Positions 26,552 to 35,055 of a stretch of 45,867 bases of DNA are shown here, piece by piece. The stretch lies in the IMG/VR virus record IMGVR_UViG_3300050154_000047; one strand, written 5' to 3'. The stretch's first letter is position 1. Each line of letters begins with the position of its first letter. The position numbers were made by a program, and so were the translations under genes. The stretch is from a virus. The notes beneath the pieces were generated by a model. It was not told where the DNA came from, searched no databases, and saw nothing but the letters and a program-made list of their open reading frames with translations.

Positions 26552-27052
26552 ATGGACTGGCTCAAACAGATCGCCCCCACAGTAGCCACTGCGCTTGGCG
26601 GGCCTTTGGCCGGCTTGGCGGTGTCGGCGGTATCCAAAGCCCTCGGCGTCAGCGATGACGATGCCAAGTCCATGCTGGAGTCCGGCAAGATGTCGGCAGA
26701 CCAAATCGCGCAGGTGAAGCTGGCCGAACTAGAGCTGAAGAAGCAGGCTCAAAGCCTGGGCTTGGACTTCGAGAAGCTGGCGGTGGAGGATCGCGCAAGT
26801 GCGCGGAACATGCAGGTGGCTACCAAGTCCAATCTGGTCCCCACGCTGGCCATCATCATCGTTGGCAGCTTCATCGCCTTGGTGGCCAGCACGCTGCTGG
26901 GCTACTCCAAGGTGGAATCCGCTTTGGCAGGTACGCTGGTGGGCTATCTGTCTGCCAAGGCCGAACAGGTCATCGCCTTCTACTTCGGCTCGACCGCCAG
27001 CAGCCAGCGCAAGACTGAGCTGCTGCACCAGTCCACGCCCACCCAAACCTAA
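26552..27052 (+). CDS. holin-like protein (3-TM holin family, DUF3154-like)
   Basis: MDWLKQIAP... N-terminus, central amphipathic helix, C-terminal TM segments (LVPTLAIIIVGSFIALVASTLLGY). Adjacent to the endolysin. Confidence 0.6.
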   Translation: MDWLKQIAPTVATALGGPLAGLAVSAVSKALGVSDDDAKSMLESGKMSADQIAQVKLAELELKKQAQSLGLDFEKLAVEDRASARNMQVATKSNLVPTLAIIIVGSFIALVASTLLGYSKVESALAGTLVGYLSAKAEQVIAFYFGSTASSQRKTELLHQSTPTQT

Positions 27053-28188
27053 ACCAGTTGCTCCTTGGTTGGTCGTTCCCCCGCTTCGGCGGGGGCTTTT
27101 TTCATCCGCAACATGATCTGGTCAGCCGCCATGGTGGCCGCGGCGTTGGCCGCTTCTTCGACCAGGTGGGCGTACCGCTTAGTAGTCTGCGTGGACTTGT
27201 GGCCCAACAACTCCCCGATCTGCGACAGCGACAAGCCAGCCGACAAGGCGGCACTGGCGAAGCTGTGGCGCAGGTCGTGAAGGCGCAAGTCGGAGCATCC
27301 GGCTTCCTCTCGGATGCGGCACCAGATTTTGTTGGGCGACTGGATGCCGGTGATAGTGCCGTTGGTGCGCGGGAGTGCATCCAGCACGTCCATCGCCTGC
27401 GGTGGCAGGTACACAGACTTGGCGCCGGTCTTGGAATCCGGCAACTCCAGCACGTTGCCTTTGAGCCACGTCCACTTGGCGTTGGCTATCTCCCCCTTGC
27501 GTGCACCGGTTAAAATGAGCAAGTATAGGAAGGCCACTGAGGCAGGGTTTTCTTTTGCCTCACGATCCAGTATCTCGCCGATCTTGGCTGCTTCCTCGCC
27601 AGCCATGTAGCGTCGGCGCTTCACCTCTTTGTACCGCTGCACCCCACGGCAGGGGTTCTTCTCCACCCACTCCAGCGGATGCATGGCGAAGCCGAACATG
27701 GCGGAGAGTAGGGCCAGTGTGCGGTTGGCGTTGATCGGCGTATCGGCCATGCCGGATACCAAGTCGGCCACCATGGTGTAGGTGACTTCGCTGATGCGCT
27801 TGGCGCCTAGTTTGGGCTGGATGCGCTTCTCCCAGTACCACTTCTGGCCCGCAGCGGATTTGTTGCCGCTGGCTTTGCGCTTCCAGAACTCGTCCCACAG
27901 ATCGCTGACCGTGGGTTCGGCGCGTGCGACTTGGCGCTGCTGCGATGGGTCACGGCCTGCGGCCACCTCGGCCAGCATCTCCTGCGCCACCTTGCGTGCC
28001 TGCGCCAGCGTGATGCTGCCGTAGTCACCCAGCTTGGGCTTGCGCTGCTGACCCGCCTTGCTCCGGTAGTAGAGGTAGAAGGCACGGCTCTCGGGGAACA
28101 CCCGGAGGTGCAGGCCCTTCGCCACGGCATCACGCAGCACGTCACCAGGCTGCGCTGCTTTGATGGCTTTGTCGTTGAGGTCAGCCAC
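27049..28188 (-). CDS. int: tyrosine integrase, P4-type (DUF4102-like arm-binding N-terminus)
   Basis: 379 aa with a GTG start. Motifs ...LILTGARKGEI..., HDLRHSFAS and KRYAHL (catalytic Tyr). N-terminus ...GLHLRVFPESRAFYLYYR... is typical of P4-family integrases. Confidence 0.9.
   Translation of the reverse strand: MADLNDKAIKAAQPGDVLRDAVAKGLHLRVFPESRAFYLYYRSKAGQQRKPKLGDYGSITLAQARKVAQEMLAEVAAGRDPSQQRQVARAEPTVSDLWDEFWKRKASGNKSAAGQKWYWEKRIQPKLGAKRISEVTYTMVADLVSGMADTPINANRTLALLSAMFGFAMHPLEWVEKNPCRGVQRYKEVKRRRYMAGEEAAKIGEILDREAKENPASVAFLYLLILTGARKGEIANAKWTWLKGNVLELPDSKTGAKSVYLPPQAMDVLDALPRTNGTITGIQSPNKIWCRIREEAGCSDLRLHDLRHSFASAALSAGLSLSQIGELLGHKSTQTTKRYAHLVEEAANAAATMAADQIMLRMKKAPAEAGERPTKEQLV
27078..27102 (+). 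terminator. strong intrinsic terminator of the plus-strand late arm, embedded in the 3' end of int
   Basis: CCCCCGC-ttcg-GCGGGGG followed by CTTTTTT, 26 nt after the holin stop. Confidence 0.75.
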
Positions 28189-28360
28189 GGATCAGCTCCT
28201 TCTGCACTTCGCGCGCCATGCGGCGGAGATAACTGCGTGCCTCGTAGACCTGCTTCCGAGTCATGCTGCGCCACACCGAATCCGGCAGGCTGAGTTCAAA
28301 CCACCTGCGCGTTGGTCCCGCACTGCTCACAGCGGCGGGTGGTTGTGGTTGATGTGTCAT
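28181..28360 (-). CDS. hypothetical 59-aa protein upstream of int
   Basis: Not in the track. I translated it by hand with no internal stop (MTHQPQPPAAVSS...RRMAREVQKELIRG). Overlaps the int start by 8 nt. Confidence 0.35.
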   Translation of the reverse strand: MTHQPQPPAAVSSAGPTRRWFELSLPDSVWRSMTRKQVYEARSYLRRMAREVQKELIRG

Positions 28361-28464
28361 GTCGCTAACCCTTTCAAAAATAACGTGGAGTTATTCTCGG
28401 TGATGTTCAGTGCTGTGTCAAGCGACGACTGTTAATCGAATGGCCCGAGTTCGAGTCCAGGTGG

Positions 28465-28611
28465 CTAGAGCGTAGGGTCCGTGCGCGTTTCTTCGACAAG
28501 CTGCGCAAACGGTGTGTCGGGGTCGTCGTTGAGGTCCACTCGCCACACGCCAAGCTGCTTGCGCCCTTCGTAGACGGCGATGTAGTCGCCTTGTATCAGT
28601 ACAAGTCTCAT
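28465..28611 (-). CDS. hypothetical 48-aa protein
   Basis: Not in the track. ATGA overlap with the stop of the HTH gene. MRLVLIQGDYIAVYEGRKQLGVWRVDLNDDPDTPF... Confidence 0.4.
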   Translation of the reverse strand: MRLVLIQGDYIAVYEGRKQLGVWRVDLNDDPDTPFAQLVEETRTDPTL

Positions 28612-28796
28612 ACCGCAGTGTTCGTCCGCAAAGACGCAGCCTCGTATGCCTCAAGCTGCACCAAGGGGTACAGCACCTTGCGTCCGATCTTGATGAACTT
28701 CGGGCCGGTGCCCTTGACGCGCCAGTTGGACAGGACGGCCACGGTGGTACGCAGTCGGTCGGCGGCTTCCTTGGGGGTGAGATTGATATTGTTCAT
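28608..28796 (-). CDS. excisionase/AlpA-like helix-turn-helix protein (HTH_17-like)
   Basis: ATG 28796 is preceded by AGGAGA. MNNINLTPKEAADRLRTTVAVLSNWRVKGTGPKFIKIGRKVLY matches the MerR-superfamily excisionase pattern. Confidence 0.7.
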   Translation of the reverse strand: MNNINLTPKEAADRLRTTVAVLSNWRVKGTGPKFIKIGRKVLYPLVQLEAYEAASLRTNTAV

Positions 28797-28822
28797 GGGG
28801 TTGGTTCTCCTGATAGGTAAAG

Positions 28823-30973
28823 TTAATCGTTCCACTCAACGGCACCGCCGATGAATTTCTCCCACTCAGCCCGCAGCACTTGGATGCCGGGGTTGAAGTA
28901 GGCGTAGGTGAGGTCGCCATCCACCCGGGCGCGGGCGTAGTCGCCCAGGCGTTTCTTCATGGTGGCGCTGAAGTCGCGGTCTTTGGGTAGGCGGCTGCGA
29001 ATCTGGCGGGACTTGGCCCACGTCAGGAATGCTGCGTGCACACGCTTGGTGGGCAAGCGTTCAGGCATGTCGCCATCAAAGGTGTCACCGGCCAGCCGGT
29101 TGGCCGACAGGCAATCCAGCCACCACTCGTCTACTGGGTCGAGGGATTGGTGCTTCTGTTCGATCAGCCCGGATGTGGATGGCGCTGCGTTCACGTCGAT
29201 GCCGGTCATGTCGTAGTCCATGAGGAAGCGCAGCAGGTGCGCGTATCCGCCCTGCTCCATCCCTTTGCGCATGGACTCAAAGAACTTGCGGTCTTGGCGT
29301 CGGCCATCGCCCACAGTGAACACGGCGAACCGGCGTTCATCCACGCCTGCGGGCACCACCCAGTCCTCGTTGGAGATGATGGCCACGCGGGAGAGGTTAC
29401 GAACCTTGTAAGGTTCTGCGCCCTTGCGTTCTATGTTGTGCTTGCTGCCGGTGATGACGCCTTTAAGTTTGCCCTCGGCACGCTTGTCGCCAGCCCAGCT
29501 TGCTTCGTCCAAGACGAAGAACAGGTTGGCTTCCAGGTGGCTGTTGAAGTTGCCCAACAGGTAGCGGTCATCGTCGGCCACCATAAAGTGGTTGCCGAGC
29601 AAGTGGCCGACACGTTCCACCAGTGCGTTCTTGCCGGTGCCTCGCTTGCCCTTGAACACCAGAGCCGTCAGTGGTTTCTCCCACGGCTTCTGGATCATGT
29701 GGGCAAAGAACCCGATCAGCCACTTGCACAGGGCTTCGTCGCCGTTGCACACGTTCTTTAGTGCGTGTTCCTTGAACGCCGCAACCGAAGGGTGGCTATC
29801 GGTGTCTGCCGGCGCCAAGCTGAACCCGCGCCACAGGTTGTAGAAGCGGTCGCCTTCCAAGGGCAGTGGGGAGAACACCACCTTGTCGTATTCGCGGCGG
29901 CTTCTGCGCGACATCCACAGGCGGGACATGGCGACTTGCTTGTCCCCCACAGCCATCGTCTTGTTGGCGAACCATGCGTGCATGTCGTTGGGTGACAGAC
30001 GCACGGTGGTGAACTGGCCTTCCTCGTCGGTGGTTTCCTGCAACACGAAGGCACCGTCCTTGATGAACGCGAACTCTTTGTTGAGTGCGTCTACGGGGTG
30101 GGGTTGTTCGTCCTCAGCGTCATCGCTTGGCTCCACCGCAGGGAACACCGCCTCGGGTGCTGCGCTGCCTTGTGGCTCTTTGCCGTAGCGGTAGGCATGG
30201 TTCACCTTCTGGTGCAGTTCTTCAGGTGTCCAAGGTGGATCACACCGGTTGTTCCAGTGGTCCTCCAGCAAGTACAAAGCCTGGCCCAGCGTACAGCCGA
30301 AGTCCTTCAGCTTGGCCGCAACCTTGAATGCAACGAGGTCGCCGCCTTCACCCTCCACCGATACCGGTGCGGTTTTCAGGTAGGCCAGTGCACGATCAGC
30401 AGCGCGACTAGCGTCCACACCATCAAGCACCACGCCAGCCCGAGGCTCCACCACCCGAGCTTCACCCAGTCGATGGACGAGCCACTCGGGCGCCGGGACA
30501 GGGTAACCGTGTCCATTGATCTGGTGGTAGTGCTTGCCGGCAATCGAGCTACCGGGTCCGACGATAAGGCCGCCTTGACTGCGGATGTCGATTCCTTTTC
30601 CGAGGACGTTGACACCTTGGCGCAAGGGCCGATCAGCGATGTATATGAGGTGTCGTCCGCCGCTCGGGGTTGCTTGCTCAAAAGTTTCGGGCAGCTCGTA
30701 ACCAGCCAGTTCGAGTTTGAGGATTTCCGCATCTCCGTCCTTCCCATTTTTGTTGTCTATGTCCAGCACCACCAAGGCTTTTCCGTCACCGAACTTTGAT
30801 GTGGAAATACCGATGTTGCGGTCAAGCCCTGCGAACCACTTGCGAATCTGATCCTCGTCGCGGGTGGCTCGGTTGGGGAAGTCCTTGATGGCGGGCAGCT
30901 TGCTGTCCCGCTCCACAGGGAATACGTGGAAGCCTTTGGCTGCCAGTGCCAAGGCTTGGTCAAGTCGATTCAT
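28823..30973 (-). CDS. bifunctional primase-polymerase (PrimPol) fused to a P-loop (SF3-type) helicase
   Basis: PrimPol motifs GFHVFPV, VVLDIDNKNGKDG and TPSGGRHLIY. Walker A GKRGTGKN and Walker B FFVLDEASW. Start chosen at ATG 30973 (AGGAGA upstream); 31018 or 31054 are alternatives. Confidence 0.85.
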   Translation of the reverse strand: MNRLDQALALAAKGFHVFPVERDSKLPAIKDFPNRATRDEDQIRKWFAGLDRNIGISTSKFGDGKALVVLDIDNKNGKDGDAEILKLELAGYELPETFEQATPSGGRHLIYIADRPLRQGVNVLGKGIDIRSQGGLIVGPGSSIAGKHYHQINGHGYPVPAPEWLVHRLGEARVVEPRAGVVLDGVDASRAADRALAYLKTAPVSVEGEGGDLVAFKVAAKLKDFGCTLGQALYLLEDHWNNRCDPPWTPEELHQKVNHAYRYGKEPQGSAAPEAVFPAVEPSDDAEDEQPHPVDALNKEFAFIKDGAFVLQETTDEEGQFTTVRLSPNDMHAWFANKTMAVGDKQVAMSRLWMSRRSRREYDKVVFSPLPLEGDRFYNLWRGFSLAPADTDSHPSVAAFKEHALKNVCNGDEALCKWLIGFFAHMIQKPWEKPLTALVFKGKRGTGKNALVERVGHLLGNHFMVADDDRYLLGNFNSHLEANLFFVLDEASWAGDKRAEGKLKGVITGSKHNIERKGAEPYKVRNLSRVAIISNEDWVVPAGVDERRFAVFTVGDGRRQDRKFFESMRKGMEQGGYAHLLRFLMDYDMTGIDVNAAPSTSGLIEQKHQSLDPVDEWWLDCLSANRLAGDTFDGDMPERLPTKRVHAAFLTWAKSRQIRSRLPKDRDFSATMKKRLGDYARARVDGDLTYAYFNPGIQVLRAEWEKFIGGAVEWND

Positions 30974-31160
30974 TCGTTCTCCTGGCACGGCGTTGTTCTT
31001 CGTCGCGGCAGTCTGCATCACACCACCGCTTGGGACTTGGCAAGTCCTCCCCACAGTTAAAACAAAATCCAGAATACTTCGGGCCTTCTTCCTTTTTCTT
31101 CAGGCGGGAGAACAACTGGAAGTCCTCTACCTGCTTGTCCGATGCGTCTGCGATGTCCAT
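30960..31160 (-). CDS. small zinc-ribbon protein, 66 aa
   Basis: Track ORF with CFNCGEDLPSPKRWCDADC (CxxC-x10-CxxxC). Confidence 0.5.
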   Translation of the reverse strand: MDIADASDKQVEDFQLFSRLKKKEEGPKYSGFCFNCGEDLPSPKRWCDADCRDEEQRRARRTNEST

Positions 31161-31163
31161 TTC

Positions 31164-33137
31164 TTACTTCCTGTAACGGGCTGCTCTCCAGCCTTCCGAT
31201 GAAACCGGCAAGCCCGCTGCCCATGCCGGTGTCTGTGCCATGAGTTGTTCAATTCGCTCCAGTGTGGTTGTATCACTATCCGCTGGGATTTCCATCACGC
31301 ATTCGTCGTGAATGTGAGCCACTACAGGGAATCCATTATGCTCCAAAATCACCAGAGAGTGTGCAAGTAAATCGCGTGCGACCGCTTGCGTGACGTTCTC
31401 GGCCAACGAGCCCCCGTAGGTGGAGGTTTCCTCCCACTTGTTGGTGGTGCCGTTGACGGACCAGAAGTGTAGTGCGGGTTTGGTTCCGCCCCAAGGGACT
31501 TCGACTTCCTTCACCGTGGGATACGGGTAGCACAGGACTCGGCCACTGGGCAGCTTGCACCACAGGAACGATCCGCGCTTGACGAATGCTACTTGGCGTC
31601 CCGCTGGCCCAGCCTTGCATACGACCCCAAGCTCACAGGCGTTGATGGCTGCGCCTTCCAGATCAGCCCAATAGCGGACGATACGGGGGTGGGTTTCGCG
31701 CCAGGCACGCTTAATGTCGTCGGCTTCAGTGTCGGCCACTTTGACGCCGTAGACTCGTGCCATGGACTGAAATGCCCCAACACCTCCGCCATACCCGAGT
31801 GCGAGTACAGCAACCTTACCAATTTGACGCTGGGGTTTGGTAACGGCTTCCATATCGACGTGGTAGATGCCCGCTGCTGCGTGTTCATAAATCTTCCCGT
31901 GTGTTCTGAAAATCTCCAGCACCTTTTCTTCACCGGCCAGCCACGCGAGGACGCGGGCTTCAATGGCGGAGAAGTCGGATGCCACCAGTTCCTTGCCCGT
32001 GGGCGCCACGATCATGCCGCGCAGGCAGGATGCGATCACGTCCAGCGGTGGCGCATACATCATGTCGAGGTAGTCGCGGTCATTGAAGTGGGCAATGGCG
32101 TCGGCCACATGCTCGGGCTTCAGGTCGCCGCGAGGGAAATTCTGCACCTGGATTCCACGTCCTGCCCACCGGCCCGTGCTGGCGCCATGGAACTGCATGG
32201 TCCCCCGCACACGGCCATCGGCACTGGCGCGGTCACGCATGGCGATCAGTTTGGCGGTGGAGGACTTGGCTGCTTCCTTGCGCAGGTTCAGGGCTGCACG
32301 TACAGCAGCCGGTAAGTCCCCATTGAGGGCGTCGAGCACGTCAGCCTTTGCAACCCCGTCAATAGCCACGCCCTGCGTTCTGATCCATTTAATGAGAAGC
32401 TGGACCTCTGTGCACTTCCCGACCACTCCTCCGGTGACTCGGAGCATTTCCTTGTCGAGCCGTGCCTTCTCAGCTTCGACCAGACGGATGGCTGCATTGA
32501 CGGACGGTAGATCGATCTGGATGCCGCGCTGATTGACCTTGTAGTCAAGTACCCAAAGGGCTTGTTCTTCGTCCGATAGCTCCATGAGTCGTTGGTGGAT
32601 GGCACGCTCTACTTCCACGTCCTGCTTGCAGTAATCGTACAACTTCTGGAACTTGGCGGGATCGTCGTTTGGGAGCCAGAACATGCCGTCAGCCTTTGGC
32701 TTGGCCAACTGCATCATCACGCGGGAACCCGCCATGTCTTTCTGCTTTGCAACGCCCAGTGCAGCGGCTGCTTTCTCCAAGCTGCCGGGTAGCGACATGG
32801 CGTAGGCCATCGCCATCGTGCATCGGCATTGCTCGGGCTTGAGTTTTGGCCAGCCATACTTGGGCACGCACACGTTGTTCCAGATGGCCAGTTCAAAGGC
32901 TGCGTTGTGGGCGTAGACGGTGCCGCCAGATCGGACGTGGTCAATGAAATCAAAACAAACGTCGTTGTCGTCAACAAAACCTGTTTCGTGAGAAACAAGC
33001 GTTGCATCCATTTGGTCGTCATAAACCCACGCCATGCAGTGCACGCCAGTGGTGGGGTGCGTGGCGTAGTTGTGAAGCCCACGATCACTGAGTTCGCAGG
33101 CGCTGTAGGTTTCAAAGTCTATGTGCAATACAGTCAT
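31164..33137 (-). CDS. family A DNA polymerase with 3'-5' exonuclease domain
   Basis: Exo motifs HIDFETYS, NAAFELAIW and YDYCKQDVEV. Pol motifs SDFSAIEARVLAW (A), RQIGKVAVLALGYGGG (B) and VAHIHDECVME (C). Confidence 0.9.
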   Translation of the reverse strand: MTVLHIDFETYSACELSDRGLHNYATHPTTGVHCMAWVYDDQMDATLVSHETGFVDDNDVCFDFIDHVRSGGTVYAHNAAFELAIWNNVCVPKYGWPKLKPEQCRCTMAMAYAMSLPGSLEKAAAALGVAKQKDMAGSRVMMQLAKPKADGMFWLPNDDPAKFQKLYDYCKQDVEVERAIHQRLMELSDEEQALWVLDYKVNQRGIQIDLPSVNAAIRLVEAEKARLDKEMLRVTGGVVGKCTEVQLLIKWIRTQGVAIDGVAKADVLDALNGDLPAAVRAALNLRKEAAKSSTAKLIAMRDRASADGRVRGTMQFHGASTGRWAGRGIQVQNFPRGDLKPEHVADAIAHFNDRDYLDMMYAPPLDVIASCLRGMIVAPTGKELVASDFSAIEARVLAWLAGEEKVLEIFRTHGKIYEHAAAGIYHVDMEAVTKPQRQIGKVAVLALGYGGGVGAFQSMARVYGVKVADTEADDIKRAWRETHPRIVRYWADLEGAAINACELGVVCKAGPAGRQVAFVKRGSFLWCKLPSGRVLCYPYPTVKEVEVPWGGTKPALHFWSVNGTTNKWEETSTYGGSLAENVTQAVARDLLAHSLVILEHNGFPVVAHIHDECVMEIPADSDTTTLERIEQLMAQTPAWAAGLPVSSEGWRAARYRK

Positions 33138-33156
33138 ATCTCCCTTTCATGACTAC

Positions 33157-33181
33157 GAAAAAGCGACCCCGAAGGGCCGCT
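33157..33181 (-). terminator. intrinsic terminator between the SSB-like gene and the DNA polymerase
   Basis: Minus strand AGCGGCCC-ttcg-GGGTCGCT (8 bp including one G-U pair) followed by TTTTTCG. Confidence 0.6.
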
Positions 33182-33200
33182 GTTTAATTGAATCGCTGGA

Positions 33201-33761
33201 TCAGTCGAACAAAACGCCAGCAGACTTGGAGCCGGTGTCGCCACCGCCGAATGACTCGAAGGCTTTGCTGGCGGGAACTTTGCCCTTGCCCAGCGGTTCG
33301 TCGTCACGCAGCTTCTGCACGTTCTGCAAGCCGAAGCTCACACCTTTGTTGCCTGCGGCATCGTAGGCGTAGGCACGAACCTGTGCACGGAACCATGCGC
33401 CGCTGTACACCTCGGAGTCGTCAATGATGTCCTGCAACTTGGCGTCCACCAGCCCCGGGCGGCGGTCCTCGTTGGCACTGAAGGTCATCACCACGGCATC
33501 GTCAGCAATACCGGGGATTGGGCTGTCAAGCTCTTCGTTGGTGCGGAAAGGGCTGCGCATGGTCTTGGGAACCTTGTCGCCCCACTTGGCTTCAGCAGCC
33601 AACTGCGCTTGCTTCTTCAGCACGGACAGGTCGGCGCCGGGTGCGAACACAGCACGGATGCTGTACTTCTTTGCGCCATCGGGGTTCTCGCGTGGCGCCG
33701 TGGGCTTAAACAAGCCAATGAAAGCTGCGCGGAATTCAGGAGTGATTACGTTGTCGGTCAT
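33201..33761 (-). CDS. DUF2815-like single-stranded DNA-binding protein
   Basis: 186 aa. N-terminus ...ITPEFRAAFIGLFKPTA... and its position between a DUF2800-like nuclease and PolA form a conserved module that I recognise. Confidence 0.65.
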   Translation of the reverse strand: MTDNVITPEFRAAFIGLFKPTAPRENPDGAKKYSIRAVFAPGADLSVLKKQAQLAAEAKWGDKVPKTMRSPFRTNEELDSPIPGIADDAVVMTFSANEDRRPGLVDAKLQDIIDDSEVYSGAWFRAQVRAYAYDAAGNKGVSFGLQNVQKLRDDEPLGKGKVPASKAFESFGGGDTGSKSAGVLFD

Positions 33762-33782
33762 AGGGTTTCCTATTTTGGGGTT

Positions 33783-34919
33783 TCAAGAAAAAGCGGACTT
33801 GGCATCCACTCGGATTGCTGGGCGCTTGTCACTTTCGTGAACAAGTGTGTGCCCTGAACTTTCCTTTACGGTCAGTTCATCCAGCAAGGCACGTTGCTCT
33901 TTGGGCAGCAGCTTTTCGATGGCTGCGGGAGACTTCAGCGAGGGCGGGTCGTAAAGGTCAGCGTGGTCTATACCGGCCTCGATCAGTTTACGACGATCCC
34001 CGTCCAACACAGACGGATTCCACTTTCGAGTGGCACGCTTCTCCACCAGCTTCCACTGGGGGATGGCGTTGCCCTGCTCGGCTTCTGCGTAGGCGAACTC
34101 GCGGGTATTCTTGATCCAGCCTTCAAGGATGGGCAAGAAGTCCAGCGTATCCGCCAAGGCTTTGGGGTCGTAGGGCAAACCTGGTGCGAACACCTGCTTG
34201 GCCAGCGTCTGCGCTTTGCTCTTGAGTGCGGGGCACTTGGGGGCTGCGAGACACCACCGGCATCCTTTTTCGGATGGCTTGGTGTACTTGCCTTCCCACG
34301 CATCCGTGGCTGCCGTGTTGCGGTCGCGGTGTGCCATGTCTACACGCCAAATCGCATCCAGCACATCCGCATGGAAGTCCAGCAGGTCAACCACATCGTA
34401 GGTGGCCGAGCGCACCGGGCCGTCGCTGTGCGGGCATCGGGGCTGGACGATGGTGGCAGTCACCCGTTCAGCGGAATAGCCGAAGGTCAGCAGCGTGGCG
34501 AGGGCGTAGATTTTGAGTTGGAGGTTGCCTTCAATCTCGACCGGCACACCGGCCCCGAATTTCAAATCTACTACATGGAGGTGCTTCTCCAGCGGTTGCC
34601 ACACCACTGCGTCAGCGGTTCCCCACAGATCGTCGGTGACTTTTACGCGCTGCTCGACCAAGAGGTCTGTTCCGCCCGTAAAGTCCGAGTAGCAAAGCGA
34701 CTGCACGTAGTCCACGTACACCATGACGTTTTCCACCATGTCGAGGTCGCCCTTGGCGGCTTCTCCGACCAGCAAGGCTTCCGCCAGGGCGTGTGCCTTG
34801 GTGCCCTCGTCCGCGAATTCGCTGGACTTGTTGGGCATTCCCTCCGACAGCACCACGCTGCCCGGGCAGTTCATCCAGCGTTCAGCGGATGATGGGCCGA
34901 GTTTGGCGTGGTCAGCCAT
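33783..34919 (-). CDS. PD-(D/E)XK (Cas4/RecB-like) nuclease, DUF2800-like
   Basis: Start at ATG 34919: MADHAKLGPSSAERWMNCPGS is the typical N-terminus. Cys residues near both ends (CPGS, CRWC...CP). Confidence 0.7.
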   Translation of the reverse strand: MADHAKLGPSSAERWMNCPGSVVLSEGMPNKSSEFADEGTKAHALAEALLVGEAAKGDLDMVENVMVYVDYVQSLCYSDFTGGTDLLVEQRVKVTDDLWGTADAVVWQPLEKHLHVVDLKFGAGVPVEIEGNLQLKIYALATLLTFGYSAERVTATIVQPRCPHSDGPVRSATYDVVDLLDFHADVLDAIWRVDMAHRDRNTAATDAWEGKYTKPSEKGCRWCLAAPKCPALKSKAQTLAKQVFAPGLPYDPKALADTLDFLPILEGWIKNTREFAYAEAEQGNAIPQWKLVEKRATRKWNPSVLDGDRRKLIEAGIDHADLYDPPSLKSPAAIEKLLPKEQRALLDELTVKESSGHTLVHESDKRPAIRVDAKSAFS

Positions 34920-35055
34920 GCGCGCTCCCCGTAGTCTTAAAGGCGTGGGCGACCAACTGGGCAAAGATAGACAGTTCTTCTTTGCTCAGGTCGTACAGGC
35001 TTTCTTCCGAAGTGGTCCAGCGCCACAGGCGGAAAGGAAACTTGGACTTACGCAC
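34912..35055 (-). CDS. possible 47-aa ORF (GTG start) filling the gap upstream of the nuclease
   Basis: Hand translation. Its stop overlaps the nuclease ATG region. No RBS seen. Confidence 0.2.
   Translation of the reverse strand: MRKSKFPFRLWRWTTSEESLYDLSKEELSIFAQLVAHAFKTTGSAHG

Noticed and set aside
26799-27116. Pro-rich 105-aa ORF embedded out of frame in the holin gene, considered as an o-spanin.
   Set aside because: It has no signal peptide or lipobox (L-x-x-C) near the N-terminus and runs through the late terminator into int antisense. Its composition is typical of an alternative frame of a GC-rich gene.
28379-28395. AATAAC-gtgga-GTTATT hairpin followed by T residues on the minus strand, considered as a terminator upstream of int.
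   Set aside because: The 6-bp stem has only one G:C pair, so it is too weak to call. It is mentioned only as a feature of the candidate attP region.
28449-28458. GTTCGAGTCC decamer resembling a tRNA T-loop, considered as a tRNA gene or tRNA 3' fragment marking the attP core.
   Set aside because: The flanking bases CCGAG / CCAGG leave two mismatches in a 5-bp T-stem. The implied acceptor strand TGGCTAG would require a tRNA starting with C, and no anticodon arm can be drawn. It is kept only as a weak hint in the attP finding.
28418-28654. Track ORFs 28418..28654 (78 aa), 37915..38121 (68 aa) and 40017..40199 (60 aa) on the minus strand.
   Set aside because: They are Arg/Pro/His/Cys-rich and lack RBS or coupling. 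In each place, shorter ORFs in another frame join their neighbours by ATGA overlaps and give more protein-like sequences.
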